Shown here: in pieces, positions 45,740 through 60,705 of the stretch | Layout: each line of letters starts with the position of its first letter | Position numbering within the stretch: position 1 is the first letter of the stretch | DNA from: Neocallimastix sp. 'constans' | Taxonomy: Eukaryota | Direction: 5' to 3' | NCBI GenBank assembly: GCA_050613775.1 | Contig: JBODTK010000010.1 | Span: 248,001 to 312,000, forward strand | Length of the DNA stretch: 64,000 nucleotides | Notes under the pieces: model-generated | The model's database searches: none | What the model saw: only the letters and a program-made list of their open reading frames with translations | Told to the model about the DNA's origin: nothing | Made by a program: the position numbers and the translations under genes

Positions 45740-48420
45740 GAAAATTTATATGAATTTATGTTTAATACATTGGATGACGAAACTAAATATAGTATACTAG
45801 ATTATAACTTTGAAAACAATCCAAGAAAACTATTAGATAAAATTTATGAAATATTAACAGAAATGAAATTTAATTATAAAGATAAGATTGAAAATCATCT
45901 GAGCAAAATTGGTACAATTATTAGTAAACTTGAAGAATATGGTGTAAAATACACGTAATATGAACAAATAAAAATCATTATTAATACTTTACCTATGGAT
46001 ATTAAGAATGATATTAGAAATGATATATAAAAGAACAAAAGAAAACTTTTAGATAGTAGTATGTTAATTATTAAAATTATTAAATATAAACAAAAAGAAT
46101 ATTATGAAAATAAAAATAAGGATAATGTATTTTTATTAGATAATAATAATAATGTAACTAATAAAATTAATAAAGATAATTTTGAAAATTATAAGGATTA
46201 TATAAATGTGTATTTAAATTATAATTTGTGTTTATTTTTGAATAAAAATGAAATGAAAGAAATTGAAATTGAAAATGAAAAATTAAGTAATAATAATAAT
46301 ATTTTATGGATAGTAGATTTTGGAGCTACTAAATCAATTGTAGTTAATAAAAATATATTAACTAATATTAGAAAAGGTTTTCACAAAATTAATTTAGCAG
46401 ATAATACAAAAATAATTACTGAATTAATTGGTGATTATGTTGGATACATTAATAATATGAAAGTTATTTTCAAAGATGTTATAGTTTGTCCAGTTATTTT
46501 TTATAATGTAGTGTCAGTTAATGATATAATTAACAATAATTTGAATGTGAACTTCAGTAAAAATGAGTTAAATAATAATATAAAAAATATTTTTAATAAC
46601 GAATCCAAAAATCTTATAATGGAATCAAAGGAAAATGGAAATTTATTTTTTATTAAAACTACCTTTTATGATCCAAATTTAAAGTCAATAGATAAAAATA
46701 CTAATAAAGAATCAGTAAATATTATTAAAGATGAAATTGATACTGGAAGTGAAATTAATTATTGTCATAAGGACTTAGAAAAGAAAATTATTCATTATAG
46801 ATTTGGACATCCTGGAAATTATAAACAAAAGCCATTAGAGAAAATGATAAAATCTATAAAAATATTATGTATATCTTGTTTTGAAGGGAAAGAAACAAAA
46901 AATCCAAATTATAAAAACAATAATAGAGCAGAAAAACCTTTTCAATTAATTCATATGGATTTAATAGGACCTATAAATGTCGAATCTAGAAATGGTAATA
47001 AATATATTCTTGTTATTGTAGATGATTTTTCTAGATATTTATGGACACTTTATTTAAAAAATAAGAGTGAAACATGGAAAAAATATAGAGAATTTATTAT
47101 AAACATTAAAAAACATTATAACGAAGAAATTTATATTGTTCATTCAGATAACGGTACAGAATTTACATATAAAAACTTTGAAATTATTAATAAAATAGAA
47201 GGAATAAATCATATATATTCAATACCATATACTCCACAGATGAACGGAAGGGTTGAGAGAGTAAATAGATGTTTAATGCAAATTACTAGATGTTTATTAT
47301 TTTCGAGTAAACTAAATCTTTACTTTTGGGAAGATGCTATGTCATATGCGACACTTTTGAGTAATATACAAATACATATTACTACTAAAGAAATTCCATA
47401 TAATTTAATAAATAAGAAAGAATATAATAATAATAAAATTAGAATATGGGGATGTAAAACTAAATTTTTAAAACTAAATGACACTATATTAAATAAACTA
47501 GATACTAGGACTACAGATGGATACTGCATTGGTATGGACAAAAATAATTTTGGATACAAACTAATCACAAAAGATGGATACGTAACAATTAGAAAAGAAG
47601 CTTATTTCCAAGAAGAAGATATAATAAATAACAATAATGAATCAATAGATAATATATCATTTTGGGACGATAATGAAAGTAGTAATAAAGAATATGATAA
47701 TAATGAAAACTTAAATAGTAATAATATAAAAATTTTAGATGATAATCACGATACAAATAACTTAGAAGATTTTGATAATAATAATAACAGTAATGAATAT
47801 GATTTTAGTGGAAAAAAACCAGTATTTAATTACAAAAAACATAAATTGAATATTTTAGATACTCAAGGAGAATTAATTAATGATAACTTAAATAATAGGC
47901 TATTAAATGAATTAGATAATGGTTTATTAAAAATTGAAAATTTATACAATATTGAAATACAAAATTTTAATGAAAACAGAATTCCAAAAAATCTCAAGGA
48001 AGCCTTACAATCTAATGAGTCGGAAAAATGGATTAATGCTATTATGGAAGAATTAAATTCATTTAAAGAAAAGGAAGTTTATGAGGTTGTAAAAAACCAT
48101 TAAATAAAAATTTAGTTGAGTTCAGATGGGTATTTTGATATAAAGAGAAATGCTGAAGGAAAAATAATGAAATATAAGGCACGACTAGTAGCAAAGGGAT
48201 ATGTTCAAATTGAAGGTATAGATTATTATCTTACATATTCTCCTATTTTAAAAGCTGATACTATGAGATTATTTCTAAAATTGGCATCAATAAATAATTA
48301 GGATATTTATCAACTAGACGTTAATTGTTCTCATTTAAATGCTAAATTGAACGAAGAAGTGTATTTAAAAATTCCAATGTATGATGAAGGTAAAGAAAAA
48401 GGTAAAGTATGGAAATTATT
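45740..48420 (+). mobile_element. Degenerate Ty1/Copia retrotransposon (gag fragment, protease, integrase, 5' half of RT)
   Basis: Protease WIVDFGAT (DSG changed to DFG), pre-integrase HYRFGH..C..C, integrase IHMDLIGP/VDDFSRY/HSDNGTEF/PQMNGRVER, RT KYKARLVAKGYVQIEGIDY, QLDV. Stops at 45956 and 48299, frameshift near 48100. Truncated at ~48420; no LTR pair found. Confidence 0.93.
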
Positions 48421-48947
48421 TCTAATTAAAATAACGAAATATATAAAATACTTTTTTAAAATTTATAATATCTTCTATGAAAAATAAGAAAATAATTCTA
48501 AAACTTCATTTTATTTCTAATATTTATTTATTTTTTTATTTTTTTTTTCTTTATCAAAATATAATAAATATATAATTTAATTTAATTAATATATATAAAA
48601 TAGTATAAAAATTTGTATTATAATAGTTTATGCAAATGAAAATATATTTTTTAAAAAAATTATTAGAAATTTAAGAAGAAATTCATGTTTTTTATAAAAA
48701 GTGAAACACAATAAATAATTAAAATATATATATATAAAATAAAAATATATATATATATATATAAATAAAAATTAAAAAAAAAATTTTATACTTAGTATTT
48801 ATTTTTTAATTAAAATGCCAAATCAATGAATATAAATATATAGAAATAAATTAATATTTAATTATATAAATATATATTTTTATCAATCAAATCAAATATG
48901 TGAGAAATATATTAATAAAACAACATAAGTAATATTAAAAAATATTA

Positions 48948-49056
48948 TTATGGGGAGTTGAGAGCGCCGACGCCGTACTGGTATGGCAGTTAATCATACA
49001 CCCATATTACTATATGGGGAAGACTAAAGTCTTCAGTCTATAAAAAAAAAAAAAAA
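48948..49056 (+). mobile_element. Short structured retroposon (SINE-like or heavily 5'-truncated LINE 3' end) with poly(A) tail and 14-bp TSD
   Basis: GC-rich island with consecutive hairpins followed by poly(A). ATTAAAAAATATTA lies at 48934-48947 and again at 49057-49070. A 28-nt motif is shared with 60550-60577. Confidence 0.65.
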
Positions 49057-49113
49057 ATTAAAAAATATTAAATCAGTTATTTAGTATTTTATAATAATAA
49101 ACGATTAATTATA

Positions 49114-49153
<40 letters not shown>

Positions 49154-49220
49154 TAATAATAATAATAATTATAATAAAAATAATAAAAAAATAAAAAATG
49201 ATAAAAGATTAAAAAGATGA

Positions 49221-49270
<50 letters not shown>

Positions 49271-49275
<5 letters not shown>

Positions 49276-49341
49276 ATAAAATAAAAAAAAAAAAAAAAAA
49301 AATCTATAAAATAAAAAAAAAAAAAAAAAAAATCTATAAAA

Positions 49342-49372
<31 letters not shown>

Positions 49373-49378
49373 ATAAAA

Positions 49379-49409
<31 letters not shown>

Positions 49410-49460
49410 ATAAAATAAAAAAAAAAATAAAAAAAAAAAAAAAATCTATAAAATAAAAAA
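49271..49460. repeat. Minisatellite: six AATCTATAAAAT units separated by variable poly(A)
   Basis: Units start at about 49271, 49301, 49331, 49368, 49405 and 49443. Confidence 0.9.
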
Positions 49461-50047
49461 TAATGATAATAATTAATATTTATATATAATAATTTAATTA
49501 TTATGTTTAAAATTTAATAATAAAAATTAAAATTCGATATTTTTTTTTTTTTTTTAATTTTATTTTATTTTTATGTTTTTATAATTAAACTTATATATTT
49601 ATATTTATATTATTCTTTTTTATATAATTTATGAATTTCTTTATATTTATTTTGTTATATAATTTATGAAATTTAAAAGGTATATTTATGTAGGTTTAAT
49701 TTATAATTAAAATATGATAGGATTATGTTAACTTTTGATATATATTATTTTATATGAAGTATATTTAATATATGAATAAATTTTTAATAATTTTTTTCTT
49801 CTCCATATTTTATCCATTATCTCTGTTTTATCATAATATATATATATTTTGTAATTTACTTTTTTCTTTATATATATATAAAACATATTATTATTTTTAA
49901 AATCTTAATAAAATTTTAAAAATAATAATATATAAATAAAAAAAGTATAGGTATTAAATATATATATATATTCATTGATTATTTCTTAATGTCGTATATC
50001 TTATATGTCACCAATTTTTTTTTATTTTTTTTTATTTAATTTTTATC

Positions 50048-51077
50048 TTAAAATATTTTGTTTCTGTATAAAACAAATAAGGCTACGGCTATACCAATAA
50101 GTATTATTATAGATACAACAGAAGCATAACGATTTATTTTTCTCCATTTGAATTCTTTTTCTGTAACAGGATGTAATGGAACAATAGAGGCGAACCACCA
50201 AAATGGAAATAATACAAACCTTTTTTTTTTAATTATATTTAAAATAATAAAATATATATAAATACAATTAATACATATTCATTATATTTATTATTAACTT
50301 TGTATTTAGAAATTTTTTTTAAAAAAAAAAAAAAAAAAATAAAAATAAAAAATTTTTAATACTAACCCTATAATGAAAAATATCATTCCTGGTACCATGC
50401 ATTCTTTATCATTATCAACTAAATATGCGTTAACTTCATCATTTGTGGTAGGAAGGGTATACATCATTTTATTTTTAGTAGTTGTGGTATTTGTAGTTGT
50501 CATTGGAGGTGATTGGAAAGAAGATAATATACGTGAATTAGATGCTTCTGAAAAACCATATGATCTTGGTGGTTTTGGAACTCTGAATAAATTTACAAAA
50601 CTTTTTTCACTTTTTGAATATGTTGAATTATATTGCGAAGACACTACAGACATTGAACCTGAATCACCACCACGTCTAACTTGTAAAGCAACTTGGTCAT
50701 ATATATTTCTTACTTCTTCTTCTATAGCACTTGATGTAGCACTATTTCTTCTATTATTATCACTACTATATTTTCCTGTAGCCTAATTTATTTTAATAAA
50801 ATATATTAGGTACATACATTTATTAGTAATGAATTCAATATATCATACAAATTAAAAATATTTTTAAAATTCACAATAGTATTTCTATCTTTTTTTTTTT
50901 TATTATTAAACTTACTATTTCTTTCCAACATTTTTCTAATTGTTGAGACATAGCTTTATTATTCATGGGTGCAGAACTATAAGTTCCACCGTAACTATTT
51001 CTATACGTATTTCCATATTTTGAATCTGCATATATTTGTGGTGGATAATTTATTTTATTTTTCGGAGTGTAACTCAT
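50048..51077 (-). CDS. Uncharacterised protein with a Ser-rich N-terminus and C-terminal transmembrane segments, 3 exons
   Basis: Exons 51077-50916, 50782-50367, 50219-50048 are in phase. C-terminus reads PGMIFFIIGFVLFPFWWFASIVP...WRKINRYASVVSIIILIGIAVALFVLYRNKIF. Confidence 0.8.
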
Positions 51078-54000
51078 TCTAATTATTTATTATGGTATAA
51101 AGTATTAAAATTTTATTTATATATATATAATAATTTAATTTTTAAAAATACTTTTTTATTATATATCTATTATTTTATTATATTTTGATTGATATATTAA
51201 TTTTTCTTTTTTTTTTGAGTTGTTATAATATTCTCTAATAAGAAAAACTTTAAAGAAAAATATATATATATTAACAAGTTTATTTAAAGTTTTTCTTTTT
51301 AAATGAGATATTCTGTCTTTATAAATAATATTTGGATTAAAATTTAACTCGAGATTACTTAAATGATTTTTATACAAATTAATTAATATTCTAACAATAT
51401 TTCGTTAATATTATGATTTACTATTGATAATCTTTTTTTTCTTATTTTTTTATTTGTCTTTTTTCGTTTGTTAAAATTTCAAATTAAAATTATATATATA
51501 TATAACATAAAATAGTTTTCTCTAAAATGAAAATAAAATACTTTTTCTTTATATATTTTATTTGAGTTTTAAAGTTTTTTTTAAATATTATTAGACAAAA
51601 TGAAAAATTAAGAATAAAAAAAATACAATAAAAAAAAAAAAAAAAAAAAGAATAAAATATTATATGATACAAAATAATATTAATATTAATATTATTATAT
51701 TAATATTATTCTTATAATTTTTATATATTATTAATTTATTTTATTAATAATTAATAAACTTACTTATTATAATTACTATATATATTTATATATTTTAAAT
51801 AATAAATAATAAAAAAATGAGATATAAATAATATAAATAATAAATATATTAATCATTAAAGATTTTCATACTAATTGATATACTCAAAATAATATAATCT
51901 AATTTATATTTAATAATATATTAATATATTTTGTTTACATTAAAATTTATTTATAAATAAATTTTAATATATTGGTAAATAAATAAATAAATAAAATATA
52001 TAGAATCTATTACCAATGTATTTGAATATATTATATTAATATTAACTGTTGTGTAATTTCAAATTCAAATATTATTAATATAAAATATATTGCCGCTAAT
52101 TCAAATAATATATTTAGAATATATTATAAAACAATATTAATATATTCATTATTTTATAAAAAATAATTTTCACATTTCTTGTTTAACCTCATTTGATCTA
52201 TATAATATATAATCACATATATTGCAATATATTTGATTTAATTAAAAAATTATTTTTTAAGAGATTTTAAATAATAATATAAAGTTTTTTTTTTTTTTTT
52301 AATTTATAAATTAACAAAAAAATCTTTTTTATATATTAAAGCATACGAATTATAATTTAAATATTTATATAACAGTAATATATTTATATTACAATACAAA
52401 ATAAAATAAAATAAAATAAAAATTTAAAAAAAAATAAAAAATAAAAAAAAAACAGAAAAACAGAAAACATAAAAAAAGAAAAAAGAAAAAAGAAAAAAAA
52501 AGTAAAAAAGGATAAAATTAAATAAAAATAAAGTTAAAAAAATTTAATATATTAATGTAATATTATAATATATGAATGAAAGAAAAATAATTAAATTTCA
52601 TATAAAAAAAATTATAAAAATATTTAAAAGTATAAATTAAAATAATACTTTTAACTATTATTTATTATTTATTCTATTGTTTTATATAAAATTTCCTTTA
52701 ATGAAAATAAATTAACTTATTTCATGCATTTGATTATTTCATATAATATATTTATAATAAAATATAATATATTAAAAGAATATTGGTAAAATTTAATATT
52801 GTTGAAATTGCTTTAAAATAAATAAATATTACATATAAAATTAAATAAATTTATCAATAAAAAGAAATTAATATAAATAAATAAAATAAAATTTAAATAA
52901 ATGATTAATGTATAAATTTAAAATAAAAAAAAATATTATTTATAATCTTAACTTATTTACTTAATTTATACCAAATATAGTAACTATCTCTCTGAAAGTG
53001 GAGATAATCATAATATAAGATATGATTTGTTAGTAATCGTCACAGATACAGGCTAACTTTTTTTTATATATTATAATTTTATATTTCAAATACTTTTATT
53101 ACGAATGTATTAAAAAATACTTTATAATATGATAATAATACAATGATATAATAAAATTAATACCCTTTAAAGGATTAAATATTAATAATGAATTCAAATA
53201 GTATGGATTAAATATAATAATTAATAATTAATAATAATAATAATAATAATGAAGGTTAAAATGGCTATAGTAATTTAAAAACGTTTTAAATTTTAAATTT
53301 GGAAAAAAAAATTATTTATAAAGTCAATGAAAAAAAGTTGGTAAAAATTATTAGAACTATCATTTGACTTTATTTTTTAATAATAATAATAATAGTAATA
53401 TTAATATTAATAAAGAAAATAATTTTTGAATGATATATTTTATAACAAATAATTTTATTAATTATTAATATCATTAATAAAGTTAATATATCATATGAAG
53501 TTTTTTCAAACATTGAATTTTATTTAATATAAAAATGAATTATTGACATGATTATATCAAAAGAAATGAAAAAAAAATGAAAAATAAAAATTTACATTAA
53601 ATTTCTTTTTTATCTATAGTTCTTAAATGTTATTTATATTTATCTTTAAAATTTTAGTTTCTAATTATTTATTTTTTAATTTAAAAAAAAATGAAGAATT
53701 TTATTATATTTTTATAACTTTTATTATTATAAAATATATATATACAAATATTTTAATTAAATTTAAATAATATAGACTTTAAAATATATAAAATCAGCAA
53801 TTAATAAAACTATATATATTTATTTAAAAAGAAAAAAAAAGTTTTTAAAATTTTACAATTAAAATTGTAATAATTTCATTAATAAGTAAAGAATAGAAAA
53901 AATTCAAATGAAATATTATTCTAATTATTATCACAGTATATATTTTATTTTTAGAGTAGTTGTATCAATAGAAGATGCAACAGCAATATTATTAATGGTA

Positions 54001-55686
54001 TTATATTTATATTAGGGATAGTAGTTTTAATAATTAGCAGTACAATTTAAAGTGGTAGGAGTGAAGCTAATAATACTATTCATCATTGAATTAAATTTTA
54101 ATATATTATTTTATAATTATTAGTATATTAAATTTATATGTTTCAATTTTTATAAAAAGTTTTTATTTTTAAATTTTGAAAATTAAATTAGAAATTAATT
54201 ATATTATATTCTAATATATGTAATAAATATATTGGTATATATAACCATTTTTCTATTACTTATATATTAACAAAATTCAATTGAATTTTTCCTGAAAAAT
54301 ATTTTATATATTAAATAATTTATTAATATAATATATAAATACATAATAAATAAATATTTAAATGTTTAATTTATAAAAATAAAAATAAAAATATTAATTT
54401 TAAAAAGAATAGTTTCCATATATAGCAAAATGCATTTCAAATAGCTTTTTATAATAATTAAAATTATTAAAAAATTCTCTTCATTGGAATAATTATTCTA
54501 TATTAATAATTAAATGGATAACCAATTTAACGATATTAACATATAAAAACAAATTTGAACTTAGTATATATAATTGTGTGATATAATTATAAGAGGAAAG
54601 AAAAAAAGAAAAAAAATATATGCAAATTTATTATACACATGTTCAATTTATGAACTTATAAATCGTTAACTTTATAAACTTTAATGAGTGTCATTATATA
54701 AAATTACATATAAATAAAAAAAATTTAGTTTATTAATTATAAACCTGATTTAATAATTATGACAAGTCAATAGTATTGTTTAGTTTTTGTTTTTATTATA
54801 TTATAATTGTATTGGAATTTAAGCTATATTTTTTTTTTCTTTTATTTTTCTTTAATTTTCTTTAATTTTTCTATTTATTCTTATTAATATATTTTGAATT
54901 ATTAATCTCATAACAATTATAAATCGTATAGCCAAATTTTTACTTAATCAAAATTTTTAAAAGAATTATGAGTAAACTAAGTTTTTATTATTTTACCAAT
55001 AATAATAATGAAGGAGCCATATTTGTAGAAAAATACAAAAGTCTAAAATAAAAAAAAAAAAAAAGTAATAACAATAATATAGGCTAATTAGTCACATTCA
55101 AATATTGAATAGCCACTAAAAAAATTTTTTTAGTAATTGTAAAAAAAAATTTATAGAATATTAGAATTTTGAAAATAAAAATTTAAAATTTATATAATTT
55201 TAGAAAAAAATTGTATACATTTTGTAGATATAACGTAAAATTTTAATAATAATTTAAATTTAATAATAAATAATAAATAATAAATAATAAATAATATTTG
55301 ATAAATAATAATAGATAACTAATTATAAATAATAGATAACAAATAATTATATAATAAAATTACTTGGTATTTATTTATAATGAATAAATAATAAAATAAT
55401 AAATAAAAATAATTAAAAATTAATAGTTAATAATTATATTAATTATAATTAATAATCCATTTATAAATTGTTTTTAATTAAAAATTATTTTTAAATTTAT
55501 TAATAACAAAATAATTTTTACTTTATAAATTTAATAATATATATAGTATAAACATTTTAGTATAACCAAAATTTATTTTTATTTTAATTTTTAGAAATAT
55601 ATATATTTTAAAATTGTATAAAAAATACTTATCTCCTGGAAATAAATAGTTTAAACATTTCATATTATAAATAACGGAACTTTCAC

Positions 55687-57900
55687 ATGAGTATAATTCA
55701 TGGTAATGTATAAAAATGAAAAATAAAATAGATTTATTATTTTAGTTTTTCTAATTTCATATTTTTTATTAAAAAAAAATAATGAAATTAGAATTTAACT
55801 TTAAATAAATAAACATATAAATAAAAATAAACAATAATAATATTTAAAATATAAATAAAATATTACTGTTAAACTTATAATAATGTAAAAATAATTATTA
55901 AAATGCTTCTATTAATAATTAATGAAATACATATATTATTTATAATAAACAATATGATTTTGATTTTTGGAAATTTAAAATTTTAACTTAAATAATATCT
56001 ATTAATATGGATTATACAAATTAAACAATTACATTAACATATTAATTTTTTCAACATTTATATAATATATTATTAAATGGACTTCTTTTGCTTATAATTT
56101 TTAATAATCAAATAATACAAATTACTAATATTATAACTAGTTATTTGTGTTGCATTTCATCATAGGTTAATATTTTCTTGTATAATTTATGTGAACATAT
56201 ATATTATATTTAAAATTTTTATTTAAAAAGGAATTTTTAATAAGTTAAATTTTATAAAAAATAAAAATATTAAAATTTTATATAATTAAAAAAAAAAAAA
56301 AAAAAGAAATGGACCAATAATTGAATACGTGTATCCTCCATTTCCAGCTTTAGATGGTAATAGTACTGATAATGAAGTTGGTGTTAAATTACCAATAGAA
56401 TGGAAGGATTTACCTTTCTTTTGTTTACCTGACGGTGCTCATAAAAATGACGAAGATTTTGTATGGTTCCATCTACCACCAGTAGCCCAATGGCCAGATT
56501 ACTCAAATACTTCATTTTTCGGAATTTCTTGTTATCGTCAAATTGCATCAGATGTATTGTTAAAATTATTATTATATTAATTAGTTTTTTTATATTTATA
56601 TTTAATTTATTTATTTATTTTTTTATTATTATTAACTATTTTACTATTTTTCATATAATAATATCAATACATATGTATTTTTTCTTTTATTTTATATTTT
56701 AATATTTTTATAATTATATTCTTAAATAATTATATTTAATTGTAATTAAAATAATAAAGAAATTAATTAATAAAACACCAGATATTACACGATCTACTGT
56801 CCAGAAAGCTGGTAAAAATATAAAATTAAAAATTTAATTTAAATTCTTAATATTATTAATGATATATTATTATTATTATTAAATAAATAAATAAATAAAA
56901 TTAAAAAAAAAAAAAAAAAATAAAATAAATAATAGTTCTTGTCATTACTCAAAAAGTAAGAATTAAAATTATACGTACCCTTTATTTAATAATAGGAAAT
57001 TAGCTAATTATAAAAAAAAATTTTAAAAATTATATAATATATATATTAATATAACTATTTAATATGAATATTAAAATAATTAGCCTCTATTTGGTTCTAT
57101 CAAAGAAAAATTAAATGTAGTTACCCAAACATTTTTTGAACAAAAAGATTTTTCAAAAATGGATATTTTGAGTGATCTTTACACTAATCTTAAGGAACAA
57201 CTTTCTAAACCATTAACTGACGCAGTATTGTTTAATGGTATGTAACAAAAAAAAAAAAAAAAATTTTTTTTTAATAATTATTAATTATAATATATATTAT
57301 TAATTCCATTTTTAACATTTTACTATTATTTATAAAAAAAATATATATATATATAAAATTAATACTTAATTAAAGGTACCTCATTAAAGTCTTTAGTACA
57401 TTCTTTCAGATTGAAAACTTTAATATTATATAAGCTCTTTTTCTTAGAAAAACGTGTAATTTTCTTTGGTAGTAAAGTTGAAACCTTATGTTCTTTTCAA
57501 TATTCATTAATTTCTTTATTCCCAGGTAATATATATAAAAATATTTATGAAAAAAATATAGAATCTATTATATATTTAAAATCTAATATTTATATAACTT
57601 AATATATCGATATATATTGCTTTAATTATTATATATCAATATTATATATAGATTTAATAAGAAATTTGCAAAATGTTGCTACTCCTTTACTTCAATTTGA
57701 TCTTAATCATGAAGATATAATAAATAAAGAAAAAGTAGAAAGATATGGTTTACCATTATCAATTTTTGGAAAGGTAAATATAAAAAAAAAATTAAAAATT
57801 AAAAATAATGAAAAATTTAGTTTATTATTAAAATAAAATAAATAATTAAAATGATATATAATAATTATAATATATGTAACATAAATTATATTATAATGCA

Positions 57901-57954
<54 letters not shown>

Positions 57955-58204
57955 TTTTTTGTAATTTTTAAAAAACTAAATAGGGTTGTTTCTTTCAACC
58001 ATATATTCCACTTCAACAAATTGACATGTTAACTTCTAAGGAAACAGTATCATATATTGTTGGCACGTCCAATGCTATATTTTTACATAATAAAGAATGT
58101 AATCCAGATATTATTATTAATGTAAGTTTATTTAATATTTATTAGTAATTATTTAATATATGTGAACAATACATATATTTAATAATCATTTTCGTTAATT
58201 TTTC

Positions 58205-58242
<38 letters not shown>

Positions 58243-59989
58243 AATAAATAAATAATATAAATAATATAAATAATATAAATAATATAAATTATATAAATAA
58301 TATAACAATAATAATGATGAAAATTGTAAAAGGTGGATGACTTTACTATTGAATATAGAAATAAAGACTTGGAACGTATTTTAAGTTTAACCCCAGCAGA
58401 TAGAAAATTTATTGATGAAATTATAAAAATTGTTGATAATTCATGGGAAGATGGAAATAATGATATTTTGTTTGATGGTAGTGACCCAAGTATTCGATCA
58501 AAATTCGAATTATATCTTTTTTCACTCCTATATTCCATAAAACTTTATACGAATTCACCATCAGCATCATCTATTAAAGCTAGTCGTCATATGGAAGACA
58601 ATAGTATACCTGTTTCAGAAACTGAATTCAATCAAATTACCCAAGAGTTCATTAGTAAGAAAAGAACATTTAACATTACAATGAAAAATCTACCAATAAA
58701 ATATATATATATATTAGAATAATTATAATAATTATTATAAATATATATTTATTTATATTATTTTAATATCAATAATTTTAATAAAAAATAGAGAAAGAAC
58801 TTTTAACAGATTTCAATATTGAATGGTTGAAGGAATGGATGGAAACTAAAAATTATAATATATGGGATATAACCGCAGGTCAAAGTGTTCTTGATATACC
58901 AATTGATGGTCATCCATGTAAAGGAAGTTCTGCTTTTGATGGTGTAGAAATTAGTTTAAGAAAGTAAATATATTTTATTATTTTTTTTTTATTAGTTTTA
59001 TTTTTTATTTATTATATTTAATTTATTTATTTATTTATTTATTTATGTATTTAACATATATATATATTTTATTTATTAATTTTTCAAATTTAATATTATA
59101 TAACAGTACTATTAAAGATTTAAATATTGATAAAAGAATGGAACCATTAAAGCAAGGTTTTAATTCTGTATTATCATCTGCTGAAACAACTTTTGCAAAA
59201 TTAGTTGGTAAGTGATAGTTTATATTTATAAATAATAAAAAATTTTATAAAATAGACTTTAAAAAAAAGAAAAAAAAAAAAATTATTTATTAAATAATAT
59301 TTAATATATTATACTATATATATAAAAGAAAATACTAAAAAAAAAGATGCCACTACAGCTGATAGTACCTCAAGAACTGAAGAAAAAAAAGATAATAGAG
59401 TACGTTATTAATAATAATTTTAAAGAATTTATATATATATAAATAAAATAAAAAATAAAATAATAAAAATAATAAAAATAATAAAAATAATAATAAATAA
59501 TAAAAATAATAAATTAATTAATTAATTAATTATAACTTATTATATTTATTAATAAATATTTCCATACGTTTTAAAAATTTTATGTACACAGAAAAGTGTA
59601 ACTGCAAATGAATTACTAGGTAAAGCGTAATAAATAATTAAATATTATGAATTATAAAATAAAAATAATAATAATAATTTAATATGTCCATGTACATACG
59701 CATGTAAACAATATTTTTAATTTTATTAACTAATTACATATATAAACAATTTTATTTTAAAAATGAAAACTATGTACATATTATTTTAATAGAAAATATT
59801 CAAATGAAATCATCAAGTTTCTTTAATAATGTTTCCTCATTTATAAAGCGTTATCAACCACAAACACCACCGACTAATAGTACTAATGCTGGTACTGAAG
59901 GACCAATCGCAAATACAGCTGCTGACGTTAGTCTCATCTCAGAACCAAGAAAATTAAAAACATCTAATGCTGCACAAATAAATGAATAA
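55687..59989 (+). CDS. AVL9: Late secretory pathway protein Avl9 (DENN-related), multi-exon
   Basis: Spliced peptides MSIIHVICVAFHHRNGPIIEYVYPP, EWKDLPFFCLPDGAH, FGISCYRQI, DITRSTVQKAV, KTLILYKLFFLEKRVIFFG, GLPLSIFGKGCFFQPYIPLQQID, LTPADRKFID, IRSKFELYL. The GT-AG junctions I checked are phase-consistent. Confidence 0.92.
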
Positions 59990-60342
59990 TTAATAATTAA
60001 TTAAAAAAAAAAAGGCTATTATATTAATTATATTAATAATAATATTAATATTTCTATCAATATTAATAAATATATGTATTACTATTGTAAAAATACAAAA
60101 GTATATATATATATATACATGTATATGACATAATAATAAAATTTTAATAAAAACTATATATATTTTTATAAATAAAAAAAATAATAAAAAAAAATAAAAA
60201 AAAAAAGAAGATAAAATAATAATAGTAATAATAATAATAAATTTATATGAGTTTATTTTTAATATATATTTTTCTTTATAATATCCGTTTAATGGTATAT
60301 AAAAAAATATTATGTATATTTAAATCATTCAATTAAAAATAG

Positions 60343-60705
60343 GGTGTATTTATTATTATTATAAATTAATTCCATTCTATTTATACAAGCAAAGACAATT
60401 AGTTGACAATATTTTTAAACAAAGTTCAACTTCGTCAACTGTTCCGTATTTTGTGGGGATTGCGGAGTTTCTAACAAACGTAATACCATTAATTTGTAGA
60501 TCTTTTAGTTTGATGATGAAATGGTATTCCGTTGAATCTACCGTTACCAAGAGCGTCGACGTCGAAATGATAAGGCATGGATTTTCACCTCCAGATACAG
60601 ATTCGATTGATAACACTAATACTGAAATTATTACTCGCAATAATGGACGTGGTGTTATTATCGAGGAATGGGAAAAGTAAGAGGCTATTGCTTCTAACGC
60701 ACTTT
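60343..60705 (+). mobile_element. Probable 3' end of a non-LTR retrotransposon (ORF C-terminus plus 3' stem-loops)
   Basis: CpG-rich island with an open frame lacking an upstream start (...VPYFVGIAEFLTNVIPLICRSF...TKSVDVEMIRH...EEWEK*). Shares the 28-nt motif with 48961-48988. Terminal hairpin AGAGGC-TATT-GCTTCT follows the stop. Confidence 0.45.

Noticed and set aside
45600..48950. LTR pair for the Copia element
   Set aside because: No direct repeats with TG...CA ends were found; the element is truncated inside RT.
48948..49040. tRNA, snRNA, hammerhead ribozyme or TPP riboswitch identity for the structured island
   Set aside because: No TTC T-loop or 7-bp acceptor stem, no snRNA signature, and no TPP core. 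CTGAAGA on the minus strand lacks the downstream GAAA a hammerhead needs.
52985..53006. Small hairpin TATCTC...GAGATA
   Set aside because: A 6-bp stem with no supporting context; expected by chance.
53940..54090. Slightly GC-elevated stretch with a possible minus-strand peptide (MMNSIISFTPTTLNC...)
   Set aside because: Short, interrupted by stops and without a recognisable motif; no call can be supported.
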